Source: Candidatus Nealsonbacteria bacterium | GTDB lineage: Bacteria > Patescibacteriota > Minisyncoccia > Minisyncoccales > JANBVM01 | Direction: 5' to 3' | Length of the DNA: 64,000 nt | Assembly: GCA_026016225.1 (NCBI GenBank) | Contig: CP061210.1 | Location: 450,000-513,999 of the forward strand | Shown here: piece after piece, positions 8,990 through 18,058 of the stretch | Position numbering within the stretch: the first letter of the stretch is position 1 | How the letters are laid out: each line of letters starts with the position of its first letter | The notes under the pieces: generated by a model | Seen by the model: the letters and a program-made list of their open reading frames with translations, nothing else | What the model was told of the DNA's origin: nothing | Database searches by the model: none | Translations under genes and position numbers: made by a program

Positions 8990-9343
8990 CTATTTTTTTC
9001 CTGGGTGGTTACTGGAATTTGTAGAATAACCGCCAAACCTTTTAATTCGAACATGCTTAAAATTTTCTAAACCGTCAGGCAATTCCTGGTCATATCCTAA
9101 CGCAATTATATCAGGCTTTATCATTTCTACAATTTTTGTTTTATTTTTAGGGTCCCCTATTAAAATTCTATCAGCTATATTTAAAGACTTTAATATTTTT
9201 TTTCTTTCTTTAGCTGAAATAGCATAAGGTTTTTTATTATTTTTATCATTGGTTAAAACGACGATTAACTCACCACCGAGCTTCTTCGCCTCTTTTAAAA
9301 AGTATATATGTCCTGGATGGATTAGGTTGAAGCATCCACCCAC
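8990..9343 (-). CDS. Cytidylyltransferase-like nucleotidyltransferase (archaeal PPAT/RibL-like)
   Basis: GGCFNLIHPGHIYFLKEAKKLG is an (H/T)xGH nucleotidyltransferase motif. GTG start. Lies next to coaB, which suggests phosphopantetheine adenylyltransferase. Confidence 0.55.
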   Translation of the reverse strand: MGGCFNLIHPGHIYFLKEAKKLGGELIVVLTNDKNNKKPYAISAKERKKILKSLNIADRILIGDPKNKTKIVEMIKPDIIALGYDQELPDGLENFKHVRIKRFGGYSTNSSNHPGKK

Positions 9344-9414
9344 TAATATTTTTTTCTTGGATTTTGTTTTGATATTAAAATTTTCCTTTAAAAATTTTCT
9401 AAATCACTATTGGA

Positions 9415-10098
9415 TTATCTTTCTTCTTTAATTTTACTGTAAATTACATCCCAAACTCCTGCCGCTATTTTTTGCTTCGTATTAATAGCAAAGTGAACAA
9501 TCTTTTTAGTTGAGTTGATAATATAAACTTCATTGGTATCGACTCCGAAACCACAGCCTTCTTTTCCTATATCATTAGAAACCATCAAATCTAATTCTAC
9601 TTCTTTGAGTCTGTTGTATGCCTTTTCAATTAACATCTTTTTAGATACATTAACTTCTGCCTTAAAAGCACAAATAAAGACACGGGGAGCCACTTTTCTT
9701 GCCCGTTCAATTACTTTTGGTGTTGGTTTTAAAGGAATAACGAGGCCTTTTTGTTTGGATGGAATTTTACTTCCTTTTTTTTTAACAGGAGTGTAGTCAG
9801 CCGCTGCTGCAGTTGCAACAAAAACATCATAATTTTCCTCTTTTAATTCTTTGACCACGGCTCTGCACATTTCTTTCGTTGTTTCAACATTAATTACTTT
9901 AGCATTCTTGGGCAGTTTTGCTGTTCCCTTTCCCCAGACAATGGTTACCTTAGCTTTTCTATCTAAGGCTTCTTGGGCCATTGCTACCCCCATCTTTCCG
10001 GAAGAGGCATTGCTTATAAAGCGAATGGGGTCAATATATTCCCTGGTGGCACCGGCTGTTATTAATACTTTTAAATTTCTCAAAGCTGAACTTTTCAT
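9415..10098 (-). CDS. coaB: Phosphopantothenate--cysteine ligase (CoaB domain only)
   Basis: ITAGATREYIDPIRFISNASSGKMG signature. No CoaC domain is fused. Confidence 0.85.
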   Translation of the reverse strand: MKSSALRNLKVLITAGATREYIDPIRFISNASSGKMGVAMAQEALDRKAKVTIVWGKGTAKLPKNAKVINVETTKEMCRAVVKELKEENYDVFVATAAAADYTPVKKKGSKIPSKQKGLVIPLKPTPKVIERARKVAPRVFICAFKAEVNVSKKMLIEKAYNRLKEVELDLMVSNDIGKEGCGFGVDTNEVYIINSTKKIVHFAINTKQKIAAGVWDVIYSKIKEER

Positions 10099-10162
10099 CA
10101 GATGTTTTATTTCTTATTGACTTAAGATAACAGGTCTGTTTGATGGCTAATTAAACCCGTTT

Positions 10163-11611
10163 TTATTCCCCACTTAACTTCTTCTCTAAATGTGCCCGGG
10201 TTGAAGATCCGACAAAACCAGTGCCTTTTATCAATCTTATGGGTGCTAAAATTTCTGAAGCGTATTTTTCTTGATATCTAATCACTGCTGCCTTAGTAAT
10301 CAGCCCGAAATATCCCGTAGCTCCAATACCTGGTCTTTCCCATACTCCTTCTTCTATTAATATCCTTTGTAAAGCTTTAACATCATCACCCTTCATTCCT
10401 AAAGTTAAATTTAGATTAAAAGTTAATTCTTTTTGTTCAACCGATAAAGATAATTTTTTTAAATAGTCTTTAGTTTTTGAGCCGAAATATCCTGTTCCAG
10501 ATTTCAGATTAAGTGGTTCTAAAATATCTTGACTGTATTTCTCTTGAAATTTTGCCAGAGTGGTTTTGGTAATTGGTCCAAAATAACCAGTAGCCCCGAC
10601 CTCAGCATCCCATAAACCTTCATTTATCAATATTTGCTGTATAGTTCTTACTTCTTCTCCCTTACTTCCTAATGTTAAACTTTTATCCCAAAGAGAAGAG
10701 GGAAATAGCATTAAATCTCTTTTTAAATCATTTAGTTTGGCATAAATAGAGGCTTTCCTTACTTGAACTTCTTCTTCAAACAAATCTGCTACTTCTTGGG
10801 AAATTTCTTCTAATTCTTTTTTAGTTAATTCCACAGGATATCCATAATTACTAAACCAATAACGTCCGTAGTAACTATAAGGGACATTGGTGAATTTAAC
10901 TTCTTTTTTGGTAATAAGAAATAGATTAATCTCAGCTCTACTTTCACTAATTTCCGAAATTCCGCTGATGAGAATTGGATAATAAAGAAAGTCATTTTCA
11001 AAACTATAAATTAAGGGTTTTATACTTTCTTTTTCCTGACCCGCTTCAATAACATCAAAAACAAAGTATTTTATATCTTTCTTCAAATAATTAGCTACCC
11101 CATCTTTGAATTCAGAAGAAATTTCTTTTTGCTGAAATCCTTTATTTTTAGCAAAATCTCTCACCCAATCTAAGAAATAATCTAAATCATTTACTTTAAC
11201 CACCGTTATGTCATGGGCTCCAATTCTTTTTTGAAAAGTAATTTCTATCCCAATAGCTGGCACCTGAGCTTCTTTGTCCCCTAATCCCGGATATTGCTTT
11301 CTGGCTGCTTCTATTTTCTCGTTCATAATCTCTATTAGCCTTTCAAAAGATTCAAAAGTTCCTTCTTTGATTTCCGAAGGATTAGAGGGCAAGGGTATAA
11401 TCCTTAAAGCAGTGGTATTAGCAGAACTTTCTATATTAATGGAAAGAATAATTATTTCCTCATCGCCATTCCAGGCCACTATTGCATTCTGAGCAGATTG
11501 ATCTAAATGAACATCAGGAGGCCAGGGAATCATTCCCCCATCAGCAAAAACCAAAACAGGAAAGATTAGAATCAAAAAACTTATTAAAAGGTAAAAATAT
11601 ATTTTTTTCAT
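10163..11611 (-). CDS. Secreted protein with two C-terminal peptidoglycan-binding (PG_binding_1-like) domains
   Basis: N-terminal signal/TM segment. Two copies of LTLGxKGxxVxxxQxILIxEGxW...ATGYFGxITKxAxxxxQEKY. Confidence 0.6.
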   Translation of the reverse strand: MKKIYFYLLISFLILIFPVLVFADGGMIPWPPDVHLDQSAQNAIVAWNGDEEIIILSINIESSANTTALRIIPLPSNPSEIKEGTFESFERLIEIMNEKIEAARKQYPGLGDKEAQVPAIGIEITFQKRIGAHDITVVKVNDLDYFLDWVRDFAKNKGFQQKEISSEFKDGVANYLKKDIKYFVFDVIEAGQEKESIKPLIYSFENDFLYYPILISGISEISESRAEINLFLITKKEVKFTNVPYSYYGRYWFSNYGYPVELTKKELEEISQEVADLFEEEVQVRKASIYAKLNDLKRDLMLFPSSLWDKSLTLGSKGEEVRTIQQILINEGLWDAEVGATGYFGPITKTTLAKFQEKYSQDILEPLNLKSGTGYFGSKTKDYLKKLSLSVEQKELTFNLNLTLGMKGDDVKALQRILIEEGVWERPGIGATGYFGLITKAAVIRYQEKYASEILAPIRLIKGTGFVGSSTRAHLEKKLSGE

Positions 11612-11697
11612 GTTTTTATTTTTTACTTAATTGTTTAATTGTTAACCTTTATATCATTCTATCACAACAAAAACCCAAGAAAAACTCTCGGGCAGCG

Positions 11698-12273
11698 CTA
11701 TTGTTCTTCAAACTTTACTTCTTCCGGGAATAACAATTGAAATGGATAACCTACATAATTCCTTTTTATCTTTCCACAACCAAGGTTTTTAAGAAAATCT
11801 ATCATTTCTTCTGTAATTTTTTTGGGATTTGGGTTTTTATCGGGACCAACATATTCAATTTCCACGAAATATCCAAGTCCTTTTACTGAATCTAAGGAAA
11901 TTTCGTAATCTTTGTATCTCCAAACTCTCCTTTTTTTATCCACTTTAACGATGGATTTAAAATTAAGAACATCTAATATCTTTTTTAATTGAGTTAAATC
12001 TTCTAGATTGGTCTGGTATTCATTACAATAATGGCTTTCCCCACTTTCATCAAAGTGCCAATTTTTATAGTTTATAGAGTGTTTACCATCTGAATTTCTT
12101 AATCTTAGCCACTCCTTTACAGGACGAACTTCAATAAAATTGCGATGAGTTGGAGAAAAGTACTCATCTATTTGATGTTTTTCTGATTTAAATTCAGCAT
12201 TTCTTTCTAAAAAATCTATTAAAGGCTTACTTTCTTCAATATTGACTTGAATTTCAATTTCAATATCTTTCAT
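11698..12273 (-). CDS. CYTH-domain protein (class IV adenylate cyclase / triphosphate tunnel metalloenzyme)
   Basis: N-terminal IEIEIQV (ExExK-like) strand and ~190 aa length. The leaderless-type promoter module sits directly upstream. Confidence 0.65.
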   Translation of the reverse strand: MKDIEIEIQVNIEESKPLIDFLERNAEFKSEKHQIDEYFSPTHRNFIEVRPVKEWLRLRNSDGKHSINYKNWHFDESGESHYCNEYQTNLEDLTQLKKILDVLNFKSIVKVDKKRRVWRYKDYEISLDSVKGLGYFVEIEYVGPDKNPNPKKITEEMIDFLKNLGCGKIKRNYVGYPFQLLFPEEVKFEEQ

Positions 12274-12279
12274 ATTTGT

Positions 12280-12288
12280 ATTCTATCA
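12280..12288 (-). promoter_or_regulatory. Extended -10 box TGATAGAAT, 6 nt from the ATG (leaderless-type)
   Basis: Minus strand reads TTTTTTGATAGAATacaaatATG, directly after a terminator T-run. Confidence 0.5.
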
Positions 12289-12354
12289 AAAAATCGCCTA
12301 AAAGGCGATTTTCTGAAGCTAACTCCCACTATTGGACGCGTTCAGAACCGTTGA
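12288..12354 (-). repeat. S-type intergenic repeat (tRNA-Gln 3'-end-like core plus terminator hairpin)
   Basis: Minus strand: AACGGTTCTGAACGCGTCCAATAGTGGGAG...AAATCGCCTTTTAGGCGATTTTTT. Confidence 0.6.
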
Positions 12355-12411
12355 TTGGGGAAAGATTAGAGAAAATCTTCAAGATTTGAAGACTCTTTTG
12401 GTTAAAGTTTA

Positions 12412-12446
12412 AATAAAAAAATGGTTTATCTGTTTAAACAAACCAT
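12412..12446 (-). terminator. Rho-independent terminator of 12459..12836
   Basis: Minus strand: ATGGTTTGTTTAAACAGATAAACCAT followed by TTTTTTT. Confidence 0.65.
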
Positions 12447-12458
12447 TTAAAATGTTTT

Positions 12459-12836
12459 TTAACCATCTATCGTTTCTGTGTAAACCCCAGCCTCTTCCGC
12501 TGCCACCATTAGTTTTCCATCGGGAACTTCATTACGAGAACGCATAACATCAATTCCTTCCTCATCAGTTCTCTTAACTAAAGCTTTCGTTTCAAGCTGT
12601 TTTTCATTTTCAACTCCATCAAGCCAAGTAACACTTGGATAAAGACTCCAAGAGCCATCTTTATTCTGTATTTCTACTTTTCTTAGAAGCATTACTCTGT
12701 TTCCATCTTTTTTCGGAAGAGCTGGGTCATAATTACAATGACACGATAATTCAATTAAATTTTCTTCATCAAAACGAAGAGCAATTTCTTTATAGGTGCC
12801 TCTTAAATAATCCTTCGTCTCTACTATTCTTTCCAT
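12459..12836 (-). CDS. Hypothetical protein (125 aa)
   Basis: ORF with SD-like AAGGAAGAGAGGTG upstream. No recognisable motif. Confidence 0.5.
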   Translation of the reverse strand: MERIVETKDYLRGTYKEIALRFDEENLIELSCHCNYDPALPKKDGNRVMLLRKVEIQNKDGSWSLYPSVTWLDGVENEKQLETKALVKRTDEEGIDVMRSRNEVPDGKLMVAAEEAGVYTETIDG

Positions 12837-12887
12837 TGTTAAAGAATCACCTCTCTTCCTTATTTAGCAAACTCTACAATAAAAGTC

Positions 12888-12948
12888 AAGACCGAGCCAA
12901 AGGCTCGGGCTTCAATAACTCCAAGAGACGGACAAGGTTAGAACCTCT
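12888..12948 (-). repeat. S-type intergenic repeat
   Basis: Minus strand: AGAGGTTCTAACCTTGTCCGTCTCTTGGAGTTATTGAAGCCCGAGCCTTTGGCTCGGT. Shares an exact ~31-nt block with 13674..13738. Confidence 0.7.
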
Positions 12949-12966
12949 TTAATGAAGGTTTTGGAA

Positions 12967-12992
12967 TAAAAAAAAGAGGTTAGTAGCCTCTT
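12967..12992 (-). terminator. Rho-independent terminator of 12992..13576
   Basis: Minus strand: AAGAGGCTACTAACCTCTT followed by TTTTTTT. Overlaps the stop codon. Confidence 0.6.
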
Positions 12993-13576
12993 TAAGAAGT
13001 TTCTATAGACAAAACAGGGGTTGTTGCCAATTCAAGTCCAGAATCATCAAGGCGTTCAAGCACCATCTCGTCACCGATAATAAGCTTTGTTATCTTGCAA
13101 CGACTGAAATCAAGTGGTTTTCTATCACGAGAAACGTTCCGCTCCCCTTCCTCGTCCTTGCCAAAACGATATACAGAGTTCCTGGTTTTAACTATAAATG
13201 ATCCATTGGGAATTTCTTGCTCTTTCCTTAGCTTCAAGCCTAAAACCCTTTTATAGATGTCTGAAAACATTTCTTGAGTTTTACTAAACCCAACAATTTC
13301 ATGATGTCTGCCTCCTATGTCGGGATGTTGGTATTCTGGGTCTCTGTTGTAACGTTTTTTTAAGGAATCCAGATATTCTTTATGTTGTTCTAATAAATCC
13401 AACACTTCTTTGATTTTTTCTTCGTCTTGGTCGGTTGCGTGCATTAAGACATTAATAACATCGAATAACAGGCCTTCCCCATAACTATCTAAAATCTCTT
13501 CTACTCTTTTATACAAAGAGCCAAGTTTATCTTTTAGAAGTTTTTTTGCAGCTTCAACATTAAACCTTTCTACCAT
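12992..13576 (-). CDS. Hypothetical protein (194 aa)
   Basis: ORF only. Looks less AT-rich than its surroundings. Confidence 0.5.
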   Translation of the reverse strand: MVERFNVEAAKKLLKDKLGSLYKRVEEILDSYGEGLLFDVINVLMHATDQDEEKIKEVLDLLEQHKEYLDSLKKRYNRDPEYQHPDIGGRHHEIVGFSKTQEMFSDIYKRVLGLKLRKEQEIPNGSFIVKTRNSVYRFGKDEEGERNVSRDRKPLDFSRCKITKLIIGDEMVLERLDDSGLELATTPVLSIETS

Positions 13577-13673
13577 TTATATCATCTCTTTTATATTCCT
13601 TTTCATACTAAAGATTATTCAATTTTACATATTCCACTGATGAGTCTTCCATAAATTTAGAGATTAGTCAAAT

Positions 13674-13738
13674 AAAAACCCGAGCCAAAGGCTCGGGCTT
13701 CAATAACTCCCCGCAATAGACGATGTTAGAACCTGTTA
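13674..13738 (-). repeat. S-type intergenic repeat
   Basis: Minus strand: TAACAGGTTCTAACATCGTCTATTGCGGGGAGTTATTGAAGCCCGAGCCTTTGGCTCGGGTTTTT. Confidence 0.75.
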
Positions 13739-13760
13739 TCTTTGCTGTTTGTTTTTGCGG

Positions 13761-14261
13761 TTATTCTACACCGTCTTCGATTACTATATGCTCTTCGTCA
13801 TCGTCTAGTGGCTCAAAACGTTTTTTGAAAGTTTTAATTGCCGCTTCGTTTATATAAAAAGCGTCTTTTGGTGAATCATCGCTACGTTTTAAAGTTCGTT
13901 GCTTCATCAATTCATCGGAGCATTTAATGTGATAGAGCTGAAAATTTGCCCCTGCTTTTGTGATGCGATCTCTCATTTCATCTCGTCGAGACCTACTCCA
14001 AAAACCATCGTCCAGAATGATATCAACACCAGCTTTTAGACATTTAAAAGCGGTATCTAACAAAAGCTTGGTCGTTCGTTCATGGTACTCGGCAAACTTT
14101 TCAGCGGGTGGATTGCTACCGTATAGAGAAATCATCCACTCATCGTTTGTAAATCGCAAAGCACCTGTTTTCTTTTCAAGCTTTTTAGCAAATGTAGTTT
14201 TACCAGCACCGACGAACCCATAAAGCATATGAGCAACGGGCTTTTTATTAGACTTTTTCAT
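13761..14261 (-). CDS. P-loop kinase / AAA_33-like ATP-binding protein (zeta-toxin-like fold)
   Basis: Walker A GFVGAGKTTFAKKL and Walker B-like IILDDGFW. 166 aa. Confidence 0.65.
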   Translation of the reverse strand: MKKSNKKPVAHMLYGFVGAGKTTFAKKLEKKTGALRFTNDEWMISLYGSNPPAEKFAEYHERTTKLLLDTAFKCLKAGVDIILDDGFWSRSRRDEMRDRITKAGANFQLYHIKCSDELMKQRTLKRSDDSPKDAFYINEAAIKTFKKRFEPLDDDEEHIVIEDGVE

Positions 14262-14535
14262 AAAAAACGTTTTGAGTTGTAATCGATTATATCACCAAGC
14301 GGAGCAAAAACAAATGGCAGATAACTCGTTTTTATACGAAGTCTATTCATAATTTATAATAAAAATGTATATTATACGAAATCATGATCAAATTACATAA
14401 TCCTTCCTTAGATTAACTCTATTAAGAGGGGTGTCAAGAAGAAAATATGGCTATCGTCTTCTTAGTTTTCCCTTTTTATAAGCAAGGTTTTCTACCTTCA
14501 AAATAACTCTATTTTCCGAAAAATTCAAGGAAACT

Positions 14536-14716
14536 AAAACCCGAGTTTCTAGCTCGGGTTGAGTGGTCACGTAAAATGACTGCGTCGTCACGTGGCCGCG
14601 TGATGAATTCTGTAAAGAATTCATTTTACGCGGCTCCGGCGGCAGGATTCGAACCGAGGCCTCTCGGTCCTCGAACTACGCACAGCGATGCTGGCATCCT
14701 CGGTCTAGAACTTGAA
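14536..14716 (-). repeat. T-type composite repeat (tRNA-like GGTTCGAATCC...CCGCCGGAG fragment plus unique long hairpins)
   Basis: Minus strand: AGTTCTAGACCGAGGATGCCAGCATCGCTGTGCGTAGTTCGAGGACCGAGAGGCCTCGGTTCGAATCCTGCCGCCGGAG..., ending in CCCGAGCTAGAAACTCGGGTTTT. Confidence 0.7.
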
Positions 14717-14796
14717 TTTCAAAAAAAATAGGAGAAAGAAATTTCTTATTTCATCTCCCTTAATATCTCATTATCTGAATAAATTGATTAAATTAC

Positions 14797-15099
14797 TTAG
14801 TTCTTTAGTGCTTGTTTAAGTTCTCTAGCAGATTTTTCAAGTTTATTTATAACTTCTTCTCTCCAAACTTCCTCTTTTTCTTTTTTTTCCTTTGGCCACA
14901 CTATCTCTCCCAAAAGGACACAAAAAACATAGTAATTGATTTCGGGTTCATCCCACTTACCTTCGTTGTAATTCCACTCTTCTAGCAGAACTCCATTTTC
15001 TTCTGCTATTCTTTCAGCTATCCTCCTCTCCCACTTTTCAAGTACAATCGCTTTTCCCAATTTTATACCTGATTCACCATAATCATAATAATATGACAT
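14797..15099 (-). CDS. Hypothetical protein (100 aa)
   Basis: ORF with SD AAAGGAGTGA upstream. No motif. Confidence 0.5.
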   Translation of the reverse strand: MSYYYDYGESGIKLGKAIVLEKWERRIAERIAEENGVLLEEWNYNEGKWDEPEINYYVFCVLLGEIVWPKEKKEKEEVWREEVINKLEKSARELKQALKN

Positions 15100-15200
15100 C
15101 CAATCACTCCTTTTTTTATTTTTAAAATATCTTTTATATTATTTAAAGTTACAATAATTTATTAAAAAAAGCAAGTTCATTACAGCTTGAAAAAAATTAA

Positions 15201-15276
15201 CTCCGGCGGCAGGATTCGAACCCCTCTCGGTCGTCCTAGGAGGATAGGCGTCTCGGTCTCTTGAACCAAGCACAAG
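15201..15276 (-). repeat. T-type repeat (tRNA 3'-half-like fragment)
   Basis: Minus strand: GCTTGGTTCAAGAGACCGAGACGCCTATCCTCCTAGGACGACCGAGAGGGGTTCGAATCCTGCCGCCGGAG. T-loop plus acceptor-like strand but no 5' half. Confidence 0.7.
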
Positions 15277-15345
15277 TATTATTCTTCATTCTAATAGTAA
15301 GCAAAATGTAAGTTGGAGGATTGGAATTTCTATACTTGCTCCTGA

Positions 15346-16539
15346 TTATTTCTTTCGAATTATTGATGGTATAAATGTATTTTCGCCCGTCCATCTGCCT
15401 GCGGCAGTAATATTCTCTCCAGATTGAAAATCTTTTAATTCTACCTTGCCTCCATCTTTGTTCAAAAGTGTCGTTTTCTCGGTAATTGCCAAACTTATTT
15501 CCTTCCCTTGCTCATCTCGTATTGTGATGACTTTGGCACTTAATGCTATATCTGTAATTGTTCCTATTATAGTTTCGAGAAGGTATTTTTCTATGTTCTC
15601 TTTGTGTTCCTCGTAGGTTTTGGCAAGGTGAATTTGCCCCTCGCTGTCGTGTAAGTAGTAAAGGTAATCGCTGGGCTGGTCGTAGACTACTGCTTCAATT
15701 GCTGCTAATCCCGGATTGCAGATTGGGGCTGGCGGTTTACCTTCGTGCAGGTAAGTATTATATGGCGATTCTATTTTGTATTCTTCTGGCGTTACTGGTC
15801 TCCACCACCTGCCTTGTTCTCCGACAACGTATTGGATGGTTGCGTCAATTTCTAACGGCATTGGTTTAAGCAATCTGTTCCAAATAATTCCCGCTATCAA
15901 CGGCATCTCTTCTTCATTGGCTGCTTCTCTTTGAATGATAGAGGCAAGAATGATTGCGGTATCATTACGGATGTTTTGCTCTGCGAATTCTTTAAATATT
16001 TCTTGACACTTCTCATTAAAATTACTTTCCATTCTTTTAGCCGCTTGTTCTGCCATATTTTCAAAATTAAGCACTTGAAGTAAATAAGTGTCGGGGAACA
16101 AATATCCTTCTTTGGCGTAATCTAAGAATTCCTCTTTTCTGTTGTCTAACCAATAAAGTTCTTCTTGTAATATCTCGGCAATTTCTTCCTTCCGCAGTCC
16201 TTCTGGTATTACTACCCAATTCTGGTATCGAAATCTAATAAAAGTATCTACTAAAGTCCAGACATTCATATTTTTTGAAATTTTGTATCCACCTGGCTCT
16301 ATCTTTCCTTCCCATCCTTTTGTTTTTAATACAAACCTAAATGCCCACTCGCTTCTTATATAACCCTGTTCTTTTAGTTTATATATTAGTTCTTCTTCGG
16401 TTGTACCGAGATTAATAACGATTCTCTCCATTTCTAATCCTTTTTCTGGAGCTGAAAATAAACATTGGTATATTCCAATAGGAATCCCTATCACCAAAAT
16501 TATCCCGCTTATAATTCCAATTTTTTTATTTCTAGTCAT
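15346..16539 (-). CDS. mltG: Endolytic murein transglycosylase MltG (YceG-like) with C-terminal extension
   Basis: N-terminal TM segment. KEGYLFPDTY and LASIIQREA motifs of the YceG family. Confidence 0.8.
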   Translation of the reverse strand: MTRNKKIGIISGIILVIGIPIGIYQCLFSAPEKGLEMERIVINLGTTEEELIYKLKEQGYIRSEWAFRFVLKTKGWEGKIEPGGYKISKNMNVWTLVDTFIRFRYQNWVVIPEGLRKEEIAEILQEELYWLDNRKEEFLDYAKEGYLFPDTYLLQVLNFENMAEQAAKRMESNFNEKCQEIFKEFAEQNIRNDTAIILASIIQREAANEEEMPLIAGIIWNRLLKPMPLEIDATIQYVVGEQGRWWRPVTPEEYKIESPYNTYLHEGKPPAPICNPGLAAIEAVVYDQPSDYLYYLHDSEGQIHLAKTYEEHKENIEKYLLETIIGTITDIALSAKVITIRDEQGKEISLAITEKTTLLNKDGGKVELKDFQSGENITAAGRWTGENTFIPSIIRKK

Positions 16540-17276
16540 AGTTTTTCACCTTCTTTTATCTCTTTAAGATTTTGATAGATGAGATAGTTGTAGATTACAG
16601 AAAATGGAGTAAAGAGAATCATAAAAGCAAACTGACCAAGATAAGGAATAAATTGGGCGCCCATAGAAAGAGGAATGGTAATAATTATTATGGCATAAAC
16701 TCGCTTGGCTGTCGGCCACCAGTATCCTTTAACTAATTGTTTGCTTCTTGAAAGGGCTTTAAATCCTCTTTTGTCTTCGCAGATAACTATATAATAAGAA
16801 AAAACAAACCAGATAGCAAAAATAATACCAGGGATTATAAAAAGCAGAAATCCCAGCCCAATAGCCAGTCCAGTTAATAGAGAAACCAAAAAGAAAGGCC
16901 AATATTTAGACCAGCCGTTTTTAATGGCATCTTTAATTCTCCATTCTTTGGGAACTTCTTTAACGGCAGAAATAAGAGAAGTGGCCCCCAAAATACTTAC
17001 GAGAGATGTGGCTAAAATAATGGACAAGAATAAATACCAAGGCAGAGTTAAAAGCGGTTCGGCTTTGGCGGGCATAAAAATAGGAGTAGGTGAAGGTTGG
17101 ACTCTCGCTTCAGGGAGTTTGGGAATTTCCAAACCGATAAAATTCATTATTAAACCCGTGATTCCAAAAAAGATAACCGCAATCACTAAAAACTTCTTGA
17201 AATCCTTTTTATAGATATTCCAAGAACTTCGGAATAGATCCTTTATGCCTATCAGTTTTTGTGTTTCATTTGTCAT
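16536..17276 (-). CDS. Polytopic membrane protein
   Basis: 246 aa with several hydrophobic helices. 4-nt overlaps with both neighbours indicate an operon. Confidence 0.5.
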   Translation of the reverse strand: MTNETQKLIGIKDLFRSSWNIYKKDFKKFLVIAVIFFGITGLIMNFIGLEIPKLPEARVQPSPTPIFMPAKAEPLLTLPWYLFLSIILATSLVSILGATSLISAVKEVPKEWRIKDAIKNGWSKYWPFFLVSLLTGLAIGLGFLLFIIPGIIFAIWFVFSYYIVICEDKRGFKALSRSKQLVKGYWWPTAKRVYAIIIITIPLSMGAQFIPYLGQFAFMILFTPFSVIYNYLIYQNLKEIKEGEKL

Positions 17277-17521
17277 CTTTGCTTTTTTTCTATTCTCTTA
17301 TTTAGATAACCCTGGAGAAAGAAATAAACAACAAAAAACACTAAAGCACCAATTAATGATTCAATTAAATCAAATTGTCCGTGCCGAAGGTATTTTACTA
17401 GTGAAAAAGCAATAAAAAACGAAACTGTTGTGATGATCGCAATCGGCAAAGGATTCTTTTTTTGTTTTAGATTACTTCTTAACATATTTCCTTGATTTAT
17501 TACTGTAATAAAATAAGGCAA
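17273..17521 (-). CDS. Small membrane protein
   Basis: 82 aa, two hydrophobic segments. Start uncertain because it overlaps the upstream ORF. Confidence 0.35.
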   Translation of the reverse strand: MPYFITVINQGNMLRSNLKQKKNPLPIAIITTVSFFIAFSLVKYLRHGQFDLIESLIGALVFFVVYFFLQGYLNKRIEKKQR

Positions 17522-17876
17522 TACTGAATACCAATAAGATAAGGAATATCAGAATTACTAAAGGTGGTGGTATTTCAGAATCCTTTATATAAGCGTGGAT
17601 TCCAAAAACGAGCATTAACAAGCAGGTAAAAGCATAGAGAGAAGCAAACATATATCCCACAGGTATTACATCAGAAAGGGCCTCCTCTTCGCTTCTTTTA
17701 TAAAATCTTTTGATGAACAAAGCTATAATTACTCCGATTATTAAATAAGCAAATAATCTAATACCATAATTTGCTGGTAAATGTTCTAAAATAAGATATA
17801 AAACAGCGGGAACAAAAACTATGATTATTAATGATAACCTGAATATAAATTTTAATGTTTTTCTTGGGTCTTTCAT
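17472..17876 (-). CDS. Membrane protein
   Basis: Four hydrophobic segments. The ATG at 17876 is preferred because the upstream ATG lies inside the TGGTAGAAT -10 box. Confidence 0.45.
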   Translation of the reverse strand: MKDPRKTLKFIFRLSLIIIVFVPAVLYLILEHLPANYGIRLFAYLIIGVIIALFIKRFYKRSEEEALSDVIPVGYMFASLYAFTCLLMLVFGIHAYIKDSEIPPPLVILIFLILLVFSIALFYYSNKSRKYVKK

Positions 17877-17883
17877 CACTCCC

Positions 17884-17892
17884 ATTCTACCA
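17884..17892 (-). promoter_or_regulatory. Extended -10 box TGGTAGAAT, 7 nt from the ATG (leaderless-type)
   Basis: Minus strand: GGCGGTTTTTTGGTAGAATgggagtgATG. Confidence 0.5.
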
Positions 17893-18049
17893 AAAAACCG
17901 CCCGAGAGGCGACTTTTTGTTTATACTTAAAATTCGATTTCCTAGACGGATATGGCGATTTTTTCTCGAACTGCTTTTAAAATATGAGGACTTTCGGTCG
18001 CTCGAAAGGTCTCACTAGTCTGCTCTACTACTGAGATTAGAACCTGTCT
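17888..18049 (-). repeat. Composite S/T-type repeat
   Basis: Minus strand: AGACAGGTTCTAATCTCAGTAGTAGAGCAGACTAGTGAGACCTTTCGAGCGACCGAAAGTCC...GTCGCCTCTCGGGCGGTTTTTT. Starts ~10 nt after the pyrD stop. Confidence 0.7.
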
Positions 18050-18058
18050 AATGGGTAT

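Noticed and set aside
11482-11733. Plus-strand 83-aa ORF spanning the 11612..11697 intergenic region
   Set aside because: It overlaps two minus-strand genes plus their terminator and promoter, and its sequence is low-complexity.
15201-15276. T-type elements (also 14641..14716, 41760..41869, 63285..63370) as functional tRNA genes
   Set aside because: They contain only a T-loop plus an acceptor-3'-strand-like segment. No matching 5' acceptor strand, D-arm or anticodon arm could be folded, and the 5' T-stem is missing or displaced.
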